From: an uncultured cyanobacterium
GTDB lineage: Bacteria > Cyanobacteriota > Cyanobacteriia > Cyanobacteriales > CAWUOF01
NCBI GenBank assembly: GCA_963744145.1
Contig: CAVUSO010000001.1
Coordinates: 2,880,001-2,944,000, forward strand
DNA length: 64,000 nucleotides
Direction: 5' to 3'
The position numbers and the translations under genes were made by a program. Of this stretch, positions 11,182-20,642 are shown in pieces (the stretch's first letter is position 1; each line of letters starts with the position of its first letter). Below the pieces are notes generated by a model. It was not told where the DNA came from and did no database searches. It was given only the letters and a program-made list of their open reading frames with translations.

Positions 11182-11568
11182 ATGTTAAGCAATCCGAAAA
11201 ATCGCAAAATAGCTGCTATTCTCGCTTTAGCTGGTGCGATCGTACCAGTATCTGGGTTCCATAAATTTTATTTAGGTCAAATCCGCTGGGGTTTGGTCTA
11301 TGTGCTATTGTCTTGGACTCCGATTCCCCATATTGCTAGTGGGATTGAAGCAGTTTGGTATTTAATTCAAGATCGGGATGAATTTGACCGTCTGTTTAAT
11401 TTTGATGTTGTTCCCCCTCCTTTCCCAGTCAAAGATGATCCGATTGGTCAAATTAATCAGGTAAATGCGATCGCTGATGCGGTCCGTCAATTAGAACAGT
11501 TGCGGCAAGATGGTTTAATGTCAGAATATGAGTTTGAACAAAAGCGTCGTCAGTTGTTAGACCTTTGA
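11182..11568 (+). CDS. TM2/NINE-domain membrane protein with C-terminal SHOCT
   Basis: GFHKFYLG motif; LEQLRQDGLMSEYEFEQKRRQLL tail. Confidence 0.88.
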   Translation: MLSNPKNRKIAAILALAGAIVPVSGFHKFYLGQIRWGLVYVLLSWTPIPHIASGIEAVWYLIQDRDEFDRLFNFDVVPPPFPVKDDPIGQINQVNAIADAVRQLEQLRQDGLMSEYEFEQKRRQLLDL

Positions 11569-11582
11569 TCTAAAAATGTTTT

Positions 11583-12119
11583 ATGTCATTTCTTGATTCC
11601 CTCTTCATGGTCGCTAAACGTCGTTCGATTCAAAATCGGATTGTGAATAATCCCTATTATCGGCTCCAATCGATTGAGGAAATTGCTGTCGCGGCTGAAT
11701 TAGGGATGAAAATTGATGTTAATCAAGCTACTGTTGATGATTGGTTGAAATTACCCGGTTTATCAATTCATCAAGCTCGTTCACTAGCAAATTTAACTGT
11801 TAATGGTGTACAATTTCATTCCCTCGAAGATATTGCGGCTGTTTTAAGTTTACCAGTAGGAAAATTAAAATATTTAGAACCTCTATTGAATTTTTATTAT
11901 TATGACAAGGATAGTATTTATTCTCCTACACAGATTAATCCCAATCAGGTCTCGGCTGAGATTTTAAGTCAAATTCCCGTCATTGATTTAGACCTAGCGA
12001 TCGCGATCGTTCAAAATCGCGATCGGTTCGGACTTTACCGTAATTTAGCTGATCTCCAACAACGTCTTACTCTTTCTAGTCAATTAACTGGACAGTTAAT
12101 TCCTTATCTACGTTTTTAG
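11583..12119 (+). CDS. ComEA-like helix-hairpin-helix DNA-binding protein
   Basis: IDVNQAT..WLKLPGL and INPNQVS..LSQIP HhH repeats. Confidence 0.85.
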   Translation: MSFLDSLFMVAKRRSIQNRIVNNPYYRLQSIEEIAVAAELGMKIDVNQATVDDWLKLPGLSIHQARSLANLTVNGVQFHSLEDIAAVLSLPVGKLKYLEPLLNFYYYDKDSIYSPTQINPNQVSAEILSQIPVIDLDLAIAIVQNRDRFGLYRNLADLQQRLTLSSQLTGQLIPYLRF

Positions 12120-12140
12120 AGTAACCTACTTCTGAACCAG

Positions 12141-14303
12141 TTAAATATTGATACTTTGAGGAATTCGGGAAGGGAGCAAAAACTCGTAAGGTATCAAGCG
12201 ATCGGGATGACGATTTCGGTCATTAATTATGGTTTCAGCTGCTTGTAAATTAGCATGGAATTTCGTCAAAGCATCTGGTAATTGAGGATTTTCTGGAAAT
12301 GCGGATGGGGAATACTTACCAATTTTGGTGTAATTGACAGAACCGAGTAAATAAAGCATATTTAGCTGATGTTTAGCTTGACTTAGGGAAGGTAAACCTT
12401 TGATAAAACTATCAGAATCCTTGGGATTTGTTGGAGCTGGAATATAACGAGCAAAAGGAAATGCTGGTGTATATATCATTAACCCTTCTTGAGAAAAGTT
12501 AACTGCTGCGTGTTGAGCACTCGCTGTAAAAATAAGTGTTGAGACTGCTTTAACTAAATAATCTCTGGTTTGAATTGCTCCTTTTCCATTGTCACCAAAA
12601 TTTTGTAACCGTCCTCCTTTCCAGTCAACTAATGTTGATGCCCAATTTTGTAAGTCTCGATCTTTCTGAACTGATGAATCATCATGGTAGTAGATGCTGA
12701 AATAATCCCGAACCCAACTTTCGATCGCATTCCAAATTAATAATCCATCATCTCGGTAAGGATAAGTTGGTAGTTGGTTAGGATCAGTTACACCTCGATT
12801 AGCTAAGGTTTGGGGAAATGAAATTTCATTAAAGTTCAACAAATAACTTTGTGTCCCTTTAGCTGAGAGAGATTGGTCGTTACCAATGCTGCTAGCTAAT
12901 AGGGAGTCTACTGTACCCTCGGGTGCAACTAACATTGCATGAGCCCCATAATTGATCAGCAAAGTTCCCTCTAAATGAGGGATCAGAATTGTCCTTAAAG
13001 GATGATTTTCAGGTAAGTTATAAGTAGGAACAATAAAAGGTTCCACAACTAAGTGTGTACGTCCCAAGTGACTGACGAGTTCATGATAGTTAGAGTCGGT
13101 CATTTGGACTATGTTTTTAGCAGTCATCCAAGATTCCCCGTCTAGAGGGGTAAATAAAGTCCATTTAGAGCTAATGGAATTTTCGGGATAACTGATAGCT
13201 ACGGGAAATAAAGACCGAGATTGACTACCCGCAGGAGGGACAGCAAATAGTGCTACTGTTGGAGCAATATATTTTTGCTGTTCCAAATCTTTGCTAATAA
13301 AAGAACCATTGACTAAGCTATTTAAGAGACTATAGTCTGCAATGTAAAGACGACCATCATGTAGAGCTGAAGTTAGCGAATCAGTGACTCCAAATATTTT
13401 TGCTATTTGAGAGTATAGTTCAACCGTAACGGGTAAACGGGAATCAGTGCTTTGTAATTGCTGAATTACTAGAGGGTTTGGACCAGCTACCTGTAGATAA
13501 GCAAAGATCAGGTCTTGTTGAAATTTATCCGCAATGATCGGTTTGTTAATAATTTGAAATTGCTCTTGGTAATCCTCAAGCGTAGGAGATTTTTGAGTAG
13601 ATTCTGAACTACTGGAAATTTTACTATCAGCTAGTTCTGCTATTTTGGTAATGTGGATAATGATTTCTTTCAGATGAGCGATCGACTTTTTTTCAAGCGA
13701 TTCTAACTCATGGAAAACTTCTTGGATAATTCCAGATATTTTGTTTTCAGCTTCATGGAAAGAATTTTTAATTGTTTCCACCCAGCTTTCTTCCTCAGAT
13801 TGTTGCTGAGGAAGTTCTTGGTATTGACGTTCAATTTCCAGCTCTTGGTCAATTGCATTTAAATCTAACAGTAGTTCTTCAACGACATTGCTTAAAATTT
13901 TGTGAGTTTCTATTTCCTGCAATTCGCTCTCAATAGTAGCTAATTTAGTTTCAACTTTATTCTTGATCTCAGCAAACCTTTTGGTCGAATTAGGATTTTG
14001 GTAGAGATAGCTATTGAACACTATAACCACCAGAGCAACTATTACCTTAATAATCCACTCCAACTTAGGAAATTGACCTTTGGGTAGATTTGGTAAAGAA
14101 AAAAGACCAAGTTTTTCTTCTGGCACATTTGTGAGTGCCAACGGCTTGAGATAGCTGTAATTATATTCATATTTAGTATGAAAAAAGCTATGTCGCTGGA
14201 TATATAAAGCTACTAAAAATGCTCCTAATTTGACTAGATGAACGGAAGGTTTTTTTTCACTATCTGAGTACAATGAAAAATTTGCCGTTAGGATACTGGA
14301 CAT
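12141..14303 (-). CDS. Lipoxygenase
   Basis: Iron-ligand motifs HELVSHLGRTH and QHAAVN, C-terminal SINI; AGPNP and YPYRDDG motifs; ATG at 14303 (frame open to 14363). Confidence 0.93.
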   Translation of the reverse strand: MSSILTANFSLYSDSEKKPSVHLVKLGAFLVALYIQRHSFFHTKYEYNYSYLKPLALTNVPEEKLGLFSLPNLPKGQFPKLEWIIKVIVALVVIVFNSYLYQNPNSTKRFAEIKNKVETKLATIESELQEIETHKILSNVVEELLLDLNAIDQELEIERQYQELPQQQSEEESWVETIKNSFHEAENKISGIIQEVFHELESLEKKSIAHLKEIIIHITKIAELADSKISSSSESTQKSPTLEDYQEQFQIINKPIIADKFQQDLIFAYLQVAGPNPLVIQQLQSTDSRLPVTVELYSQIAKIFGVTDSLTSALHDGRLYIADYSLLNSLVNGSFISKDLEQQKYIAPTVALFAVPPAGSQSRSLFPVAISYPENSISSKWTLFTPLDGESWMTAKNIVQMTDSNYHELVSHLGRTHLVVEPFIVPTYNLPENHPLRTILIPHLEGTLLINYGAHAMLVAPEGTVDSLLASSIGNDQSLSAKGTQSYLLNFNEISFPQTLANRGVTDPNQLPTYPYRDDGLLIWNAIESWVRDYFSIYYHDDSSVQKDRDLQNWASTLVDWKGGRLQNFGDNGKGAIQTRDYLVKAVSTLIFTASAQHAAVNFSQEGLMIYTPAFPFARYIPAPTNPKDSDSFIKGLPSLSQAKHQLNMLYLLGSVNYTKIGKYSPSAFPENPQLPDALTKFHANLQAAETIINDRNRHPDRLIPYEFLLPSRIPQSINI

Positions 14304-14614
14304 TTTTTTCTTTCCATTATAAAATTTCCTGCCGATTCTATCACGATCGCCAAACTCACGCAACTATCAAGATTAAATCTAGTTAAAGGATTTGTTAGAC
14401 TTTTTGCTATGGATTGATCCCTCACAATGTAAATATATTTGAATAATTATTAACAAAATTATAAATATTGCTTGGGGTATGTTACAATAATTCTCTTTTG
14501 CTACTATGGTCTGACACAATACATAAAATATCATCAGGGTAAATAGCATTTATTGACGCTGATATTCCCCACTGCTTTATTATATTGAAGAGAAATATAT
14601 TTAAGCTTCAGCCG

Positions 14615-15256
14615 ATGTTACTTCGACCAGACGATCGCACTAAGTTAGACGATACCGATGATACTCTATTTTATTCCTTTCCCCGCTTTGTCACCCATGT
14701 GGATGAGGGATTTATGCAACAATTGACTCAATTATATCGCGATCGACTTAAACCGAATACTCGGATTTTTGATCTAATGAGTAGTTGGGTATCTCATCTT
14801 CCGGAAGAAATAAAATTTGCTCATGTTGAGGGACATGGTTTAAATGAAGAAGAATTAGCTAAAAATCCTCGTTTAAATCATTATTTCGTTCAAAATCTCA
14901 ATCAAAATCCCCAGATTCCTTTACCGGATCAGGATTTTGATGCTGTTATTAATTGTGTTTCGATTCAATATTTACAATATCCGGATGCGATATTTTCGGA
15001 AATTTACCGGATTCTTAAACCAGGTGGAATTGCAATTATTAGTTTTTCCAATCGGATGTTTTACCAAAAAGCGATCGCGATTTGGAGAGATAATTCAGAA
15101 GCTAACCGAGTCGAATTAGTCCAGAACTATTTTAAATCTGTATCAGGATTTAGTCAACCAGAGGTGATTATTCATAAGTCTAATTTTCCGAGTTTTTTAC
15201 AATTTTTAGGGACTGGTGGTGATCCTTTCTATGCGGTCATTGCTACTCGGATGTAA
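14615..15256 (+). CDS. Class I SAM-dependent methyltransferase
   Basis: FYSFPRFVTHVD, DLMSSWVSHLP and LKPGG motifs. Confidence 0.9.
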   Translation: MLLRPDDRTKLDDTDDTLFYSFPRFVTHVDEGFMQQLTQLYRDRLKPNTRIFDLMSSWVSHLPEEIKFAHVEGHGLNEEELAKNPRLNHYFVQNLNQNPQIPLPDQDFDAVINCVSIQYLQYPDAIFSEIYRILKPGGIAIISFSNRMFYQKAIAIWRDNSEANRVELVQNYFKSVSGFSQPEVIIHKSNFPSFLQFLGTGGDPFYAVIATRM

Positions 15257-15281
15257 CCAGAAATTTAATCTGATTATAGCG
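15239..15281 (+). repeat. 43-bp direct repeat, left copy (right copy 16750-16792)
   Basis: ATTGCTACTCGGATGTAACCAGAAATTTAATCTGATTATAGCG is identical at both positions. Confidence 0.95.
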
Positions 15282-16280
15282 CAATCGAGTTCAGTTAACT
15301 GTTGGTTGCATAGATTGAGGGCAAAGCATTTCGGTCATATTATTCTGAGTTTCAGCCATCATTTATGCGCCGAAATGCTTTGCCCCTACAAGGAACTGAA
15401 CTGGATTGGTATTTAATCAGCGATCGCTGGCAGATCAATCGGGTGTAGGGGCGAAGCATTCGGGCGATAATTTATCACTAAAATCGACTAATATTAGATC
15501 CGAATGCTTCGCCCTTCTTCTGCGCCGAGTTCCCAAAAAATTCTTAACTGAATGTATTGTAATATCTAGTTGATCTGTTGGTTGCATAGATTGAGGGCAA
15601 AGCATTTCGGTCATATTATTCTGAGTTTCAGCCATCATTTATGCGCCGAAATGCTTTGCCCCTACAAGAAACTGAACTGGATTGGTATTTAATCAGCGAT
15701 CGCTGGCAGATCAATCGGGTGTAGGGGCGAAGCATTCGGGCGATAATTTATCACTAAAATCGACTAATATTAATCCGAATGCTTCGCCCTTCTTCTGCGC
15801 CGAGCTCCCAAAAAGTTCTTAACTGAATGGATTGTAATATCTAGTTGATCTGTTGGTTGCATAGATTGAGGGCAAAGCATTTCGGTCATATTATTCTGAG
15901 TTTCAGCCATCATTTATGCGCCGAAATGCTTTGCCCCTACAAGAAACTGAACTGGATTGGTATTTAATCAGCGATCGCTGGCAGATCAATCGGGTGTAGG
16001 GGCGAAGCATTCGGGCGATAATTTATCACTAAAATCGACTAATATTAGATCCGAATGCTTCGCCCTTCTTCTGCGCCGAGTTCCCAAAAAATTCTTAACT
16101 GAATGTATTGTAATATCTAGTTGATCTGTTGGTTGCATAGATTGAGGGCAAAGCATTTCGGTCATATTATTCTGAGTTTCAGCCATCATTTATGCGCCGA
16201 AATGCTTTGCCCCTACAAGAAACTGAACTGGATTGGTATTTAATCAGCGATCGCTTGCCGATCAATGGGATGTAGGGGCG
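15282..16280. repeat. Tandem array of ~3.5 units of a 275-276-bp double-hairpin REP/MITE unit
   Basis: Each unit has hairpin A (AGGGCAAAGCATTTCGG..CCGAAATGCTTTGCCCCTAC), a HIP1 site, hairpin B (GTAGGGGCGAAGCATTCGG..CCGAATGCTTCGCCC) and AACTGAA..ATTG end motifs; two identical ORFs 551 bp apart confirm the period. Confidence 0.97.
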
Positions 16281-16307
16281 TTCGCGACAGCGTGCCGTAG
16301 GCATATG

Positions 16308-16749
16308 TTAGATTCTATAGAAGAGAAAAGAGAAGCAACCCGGTTTCACATCCCGATGGACTCGACGTTTCGGTTCTTGATGTAAATAAACCAATGCAGC
16401 ACCGATTTCCTTGACTATTTTCTCTACTTCTTCCTCCCTTAACACCCCTTTCTCTAGACGTTTCCCTAGTGTTTCTGCTCCTAATTCCATTACTAAATAC
16501 AAAAGTTTTATTCCCTTAATTGTAGTTTCCCCCGGTGCAAAACAACGGATTAAATTCGGATGCTCTAAATTTACTGCTGCTATTAATTCTTCTAATTGTT
16601 TTTGCTGATTTTGCTGATCTCCTTCAGGTAAAATTAGCTTGACTGCTACTTCCCGCATCACCCGATCGCCCACTACTTCATCAGCACGGAAAACTGCCCC
16701 ATATCCGCCCACTCCTAAGAGTTTTTTCCGGTAATATTTTCCGTCAATA
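16308..16749 (-). pseudogene. Internally deleted Ser/Thr protein kinase fragment
   Basis: LGVGGYGAVF, VAVK and HRDVKP, then an abrupt jump to FSFLFYRI*; no DFG or C-lobe; 5' end cut at the 43-bp repeat. Confidence 0.85.
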
Positions 16750-16792
16750 ATTGCTACTCGGATGTAACCAGAAATTTAATCTGATTATAGCG
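16750..16792 (+). repeat. 43-bp direct repeat, right copy
   Basis: Identical to 15239-15281. Confidence 0.95.
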
Positions 16793-17657
16793 GTTGATTT
16801 AACCAACTCCGAGTCCCAAAAAACTTACATGAATGGGAAGCAATTTTAGCTGATGAATCTAAAGCTTCGAGAAAATTTTGGTGGAGAATATAATGACAAA
16901 AAGCACCATGAAAGATATCCCCAGCTCCTAAAGTATCTACAGCATTAATTGGGGAGACTTCTAAGCTCTTAATCTGGTTATTACTCAGATATTGCATCGG
17001 GTTTTCTCCCTGAGTAATCCCAATATAGGGAATATTAAAATTGGCAAGATAGTTAAATGTATCTGCTGGACTATGACAATTAGGAGGATAAAAATGAGCC
17101 GAACATAAAGCATAATCAACATGAGTAAAAAGTTGCTCAAACCCAGGTTTCCAAGTTCCACCATCCACCACTACTGGAATTTGATGAGTTTGAGCTAATT
17201 TAGCGATCGCAATTCCGATTTGCATTTGATGTCCATCAATCATGACAATATCAACATTGTCTAAAATATCAGGAGGAATATCTTGATCACTAATTTGACA
17301 TTTAGTAGCATTAATCGAGATTACCGCTCGTTCTCCAGTAGCTTTAGTCACAATAATTGAAGAAACTGGAGGAGGATCAGATTTACTGGGAGCCAGATCA
17401 ACAATATTTACTCGATGATGATCTAAATCAGCTCGAATTAAATGAGTAATATCGTGTTTTCCTAATACACCCAATAAAGTAGCGCGATCGCCCATTTGAG
17501 CAAAAGTTACTCCAGCATTTGTTGCTGGACCTCCCGCAGCGACAGTATAATCATCAGCAACTATTTTTTGATTAGGATTGGGGGTATTAGCTGCTAGATA
17601 AATAAAGTCTAATGTGATTAATCCTACAAACAGTCCATGCTTAGGCATAAGTATCAT
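16785..17657 (-). CDS. PfkB-family carbohydrate kinase
   Basis: GGPATNAG and DTLGAGDIFHG signatures. Confidence 0.93.
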   Translation of the reverse strand: MILMPKHGLFVGLITLDFIYLAANTPNPNQKIVADDYTVAAGGPATNAGVTFAQMGDRATLLGVLGKHDITHLIRADLDHHRVNIVDLAPSKSDPPPVSSIIVTKATGERAVISINATKCQISDQDIPPDILDNVDIVMIDGHQMQIGIAIAKLAQTHQIPVVVDGGTWKPGFEQLFTHVDYALCSAHFYPPNCHSPADTFNYLANFNIPYIGITQGENPMQYLSNNQIKSLEVSPINAVDTLGAGDIFHGAFCHYILHQNFLEALDSSAKIASHSCKFFGTRSWLNQPL

Positions 17658-17729
17658 AGATCAGATGTTAGATTTCAGATTGTATCATTGATCAGGTTTC
17701 AAGTTTGATTTTTGACATTTAACATCGAT

Positions 17730-19370
17730 TCAAAAAACACTTTCCTCATTACCAAAATCATCATCATCATTTTCCCCATCATCACCATCACCATTATTAT
17801 GCTCAATCAGAGTTGGTGGACCAGGAATTGCTGCGACAATTGCATCTAAAACTTTAGCAACAGGAATAATTTCTAAACCTAAATCAGGAGGAATTTGTCC
17901 TTTAGGAATAATTGCTCGTTTAAAACCAAGTTTAGCTGCTTCACGAAGACGCAATTCTAACTGTGAAACTTGACGCACTTGACCACCTAATCCCACTTCT
18001 CCAATTAAAACTGTATAGGGATTAACAATCCGATCGCGAAAACTAGCAACCACCGCGATCGCAATTCCTAAATCAGCAGCAGGTTCTTGAACAGTAATTC
18101 CTCCGACAGAAGCAACATAAGTATCTAATTTAGATAAAGGTACACCTACCCGTTTTTCTAATACTGCTAAAATTTGGACTAATCGATTACTATCTACACC
18201 CGTAGTGGAACGACGGGGAGATCCGAAACTAGCAGGACTAACTAGAGCTTGGAGTTCTACGACGATCGGACGAGTTCCTTCACAAGCAACAATAGTAGAA
18301 CTACCAGAAACAAACTCATCCCGACTACCTAAAAATAACTCCGAAGGATTAGCAATTTCCCGTAAACCGTTAGCGACCATTTCAAATACACCAATTTCAT
18401 GGGTAGCACCAAAACGGTTTTTCATCGATCGCAACAGTCGATGACTCGCAAAACGATCTCCTTCAAAAAATAATACCGTATCTACTAAGTGTTCTAATAC
18501 TCTTGGTCCAGCGATCGCACCTTCTTTAGTAACATGACCGACAATAAACAGAGTAATATTCTCTCGCTTGGCTACTTGCATGAGGGCTGAAGTACATTCC
18601 CGAACTTGAGCAACTGATCCGGGAGCAGAGGTTAAACTGGGAAAAAAGATAGTCTGAATACTGTCAATTACAGCTAAATTTGGTTTGAGGGATTCCAACT
18701 CTCGCAGAATTTCTTCCAGATTAGTTTCTGGTAACAAGTAAAAATTGGGATCTGCATTAGGAGTTACAGATTTGAGATTTTGAATTTTCGACTTGGAATG
18801 CTCAAAATGTACAACTGCTCCGTTTTCTGTCGGTGATGGGATAACTCCATTGTCCGGTTCCTCTGGGTGATTAGTTTCTTCTTCAGCCTGAATATTTGCT
18901 TGATAAACCTGTAAACGTTGAGCGCGTAATTTAATTTGTTGTCCCGATTCTTCCCCACTGACATAAAGAATACGAGAAGTGTAGGACAATTGATTGGCTA
19001 CTTGAAGGAGTAGAGTCGATTTACCAATACCCGGTTCACCACCAATCAACACTAAGGAACCAGGAACAATTCCACCCCCTAACACCCGATCTAATTCAGC
19101 AAAACCAGAGGGACAACGAGCAACAGCTTGATCAGCAATCTGAGATAACTTAAAAGACGATCGGGGTTGAGCTGAGGACTTATCCGTTGATTGTCCCCCC
19201 TCCTTCATCCAAGTGCTATCCTTTAAACTGGGTCGAGTCGGAAAAGTAGTTCCAGTAGTAGTCTGCTCGATCAAAGAATCCCAGCTTTGACAATCAGTAC
19301 ACTTACCAAACCATTGGGAAAACTCGGCTCCACATTGGTTACAAACATATACAATTCGTGGCTTGGCCAT
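17730..19370 (-). CDS. radA: DNA repair protein RadA/Sms
   Basis: C4 zinc finger, GEPGIGKST, KNRFG motif, Lon-like C-terminus. Confidence 0.97.
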   Translation of the reverse strand: MAKPRIVYVCNQCGAEFSQWFGKCTDCQSWDSLIEQTTTGTTFPTRPSLKDSTWMKEGGQSTDKSSAQPRSSFKLSQIADQAVARCPSGFAELDRVLGGGIVPGSLVLIGGEPGIGKSTLLLQVANQLSYTSRILYVSGEESGQQIKLRAQRLQVYQANIQAEEETNHPEEPDNGVIPSPTENGAVVHFEHSKSKIQNLKSVTPNADPNFYLLPETNLEEILRELESLKPNLAVIDSIQTIFFPSLTSAPGSVAQVRECTSALMQVAKRENITLFIVGHVTKEGAIAGPRVLEHLVDTVLFFEGDRFASHRLLRSMKNRFGATHEIGVFEMVANGLREIANPSELFLGSRDEFVSGSSTIVACEGTRPIVVELQALVSPASFGSPRRSTTGVDSNRLVQILAVLEKRVGVPLSKLDTYVASVGGITVQEPAADLGIAIAVVASFRDRIVNPYTVLIGEVGLGGQVRQVSQLELRLREAAKLGFKRAIIPKGQIPPDLGLEIIPVAKVLDAIVAAIPGPPTLIEHNNGDGDDGENDDDDFGNEESVF

Positions 19371-19534
19371 TATCTAATTTTATGATGGACACCCGCTCTA
19401 GTCATGAGACAAATCTTAAAAAAGGCTGAAATTAAGTCTTGGTAGGTATTCTAATGCGATCGCTCCCCCATAAAAAAGCACTAAGCTAATGATAGAGTAT
19501 TAAAAATTCATATAGAAAGTCCTCACTAGGAGCT

Positions 19535-20275
19535 TTGAGTAAGTTGGAAACCAACAAGGAAAAAATACTGGTAGTTGATGACGAAGCAAGCATCCGACGC
19601 ATTTTGGAAACTCGTCTCTCAATGATTGGCTACGATGTTGTGACCGCAGCAGACGGAGAAGAAGCGCTTGACACTTTTCGCAAGACCGTTCCTGATTTAG
19701 TAGTTCTAGATGTAATGATGCCAAAACTTGATGGCTATGGTGTTTGTCAAGAACTGCGAAAAGAGTCAGATGTGCCCATTATTATGCTAACTGCTTTGGG
19801 AGATGTGGCGGATCGGATTACCGGACTAGAATTAGGTGCAGATGACTATGTGGTTAAACCCTTTTCACCCAAAGAACTCGAAGCTCGGATTCGTTCAGTC
19901 TTACGTCGGGTCGAAAAAACCAGTCCTTCGGGGATTCCCAGTTCGGGGGTAATTCAGGTCACCAGTCTCAAAATTGATACCAATAAGCGTCAAGTCTATA
20001 AAGGAGATGAGCGGATTCGACTCACAGGAATGGAATTTAGTCTCCTCGAACTTTTAGTTAGTCGTTCCGGTGAACCTTTTTCTCGTTCAGAAATTCTCCA
20101 AGAAGTGTGGGGATATACTCCCGAACGTCACGTTGATACAAGAGTGGTAGATGTTCACATTTCTCGTCTGAGAGCTAAGTTAGAAGATGACCCTAGTAAT
20201 CCAGAACTAATTCTCACCGCTCGCGGTACAGGATATCTGTTTCAACGGATTATAGAACCGGGAGAAGTTGGCTAA
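19535..20275 (+). CDS. rpaB: OmpR-family response regulator RpaB (Ycf27)
   Basis: KILVVDDEASIRRILETRLSMIGY; WGYTPERHVDTRVVDVH; divergent from radA; TTG start. Confidence 0.95.
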   Translation: MSKLETNKEKILVVDDEASIRRILETRLSMIGYDVVTAADGEEALDTFRKTVPDLVVLDVMMPKLDGYGVCQELRKESDVPIIMLTALGDVADRITGLELGADDYVVKPFSPKELEARIRSVLRRVEKTSPSGIPSSGVIQVTSLKIDTNKRQVYKGDERIRLTGMEFSLLELLVSRSGEPFSRSEILQEVWGYTPERHVDTRVVDVHISRLRAKLEDDPSNPELILTARGTGYLFQRIIEPGEVG

Positions 20276-20462
20276 AATCTTTTGAATATCTCATACTAAG
20301 TTTATATAAAGCTGCATAAAATTTACATGGCTAAAATTAGTTAGCTCTTTTTTTTTGTGATTACCTGCTTAAGTATGAGAGGAGTTATTGCGCGAATTCT
20401 TGAGAGATTGACCTCTCCCTCAACCTCTCTCCTAAAAGGCTATACATTAGTCACATCTTTCT

Positions 20463-20577
20463 CAATACGGTTCGTTTAAGGATATTTTGGGAGATATCGA
20501 CGCAGAAGAAGGGTTTACCCTGAGCGTTCAATTGTCGCTAAACATGCTTCACCCCTACAATTAACCGAGCCGTATTG
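20463..20577. mobile_element. MITE with CAATACGGTTC..TTAA terminal inverted repeats and a deleted hairpin-B core
   Basis: CAATACGGTTCGTTTAAG ... TTAACCGAGCCGTATTG; contains a partial micro-element TTTACCCTGAGCGT. Confidence 0.8.
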
Positions 20578-20642
20578 AGTCCACTAGAAAGTATAGCGAT
20601 CGCCTTGACCAACTTGAGAGCGATCGCCACCACCACAGCGGC

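Noticed and set aside
15435..16189. Two identical 67-aa ORFs and ORF 15216-15416
   Set aside because: They are by-products of the tandem repeat and have no recognisable protein features
15282..16280. CRISPR array interpretation of the hairpin arrays (also 40200-42903 and 45364-45934)
   Set aside because: The period is ~276 bp, the intervening sequences are near-identical rather than unique spacers, and there are no cas genes in the window
18745..18910. Intein in RadA
   Set aside because: Too short, and it lacks the N-terminal Cys/Ser and C-terminal His-Asn splice motifs
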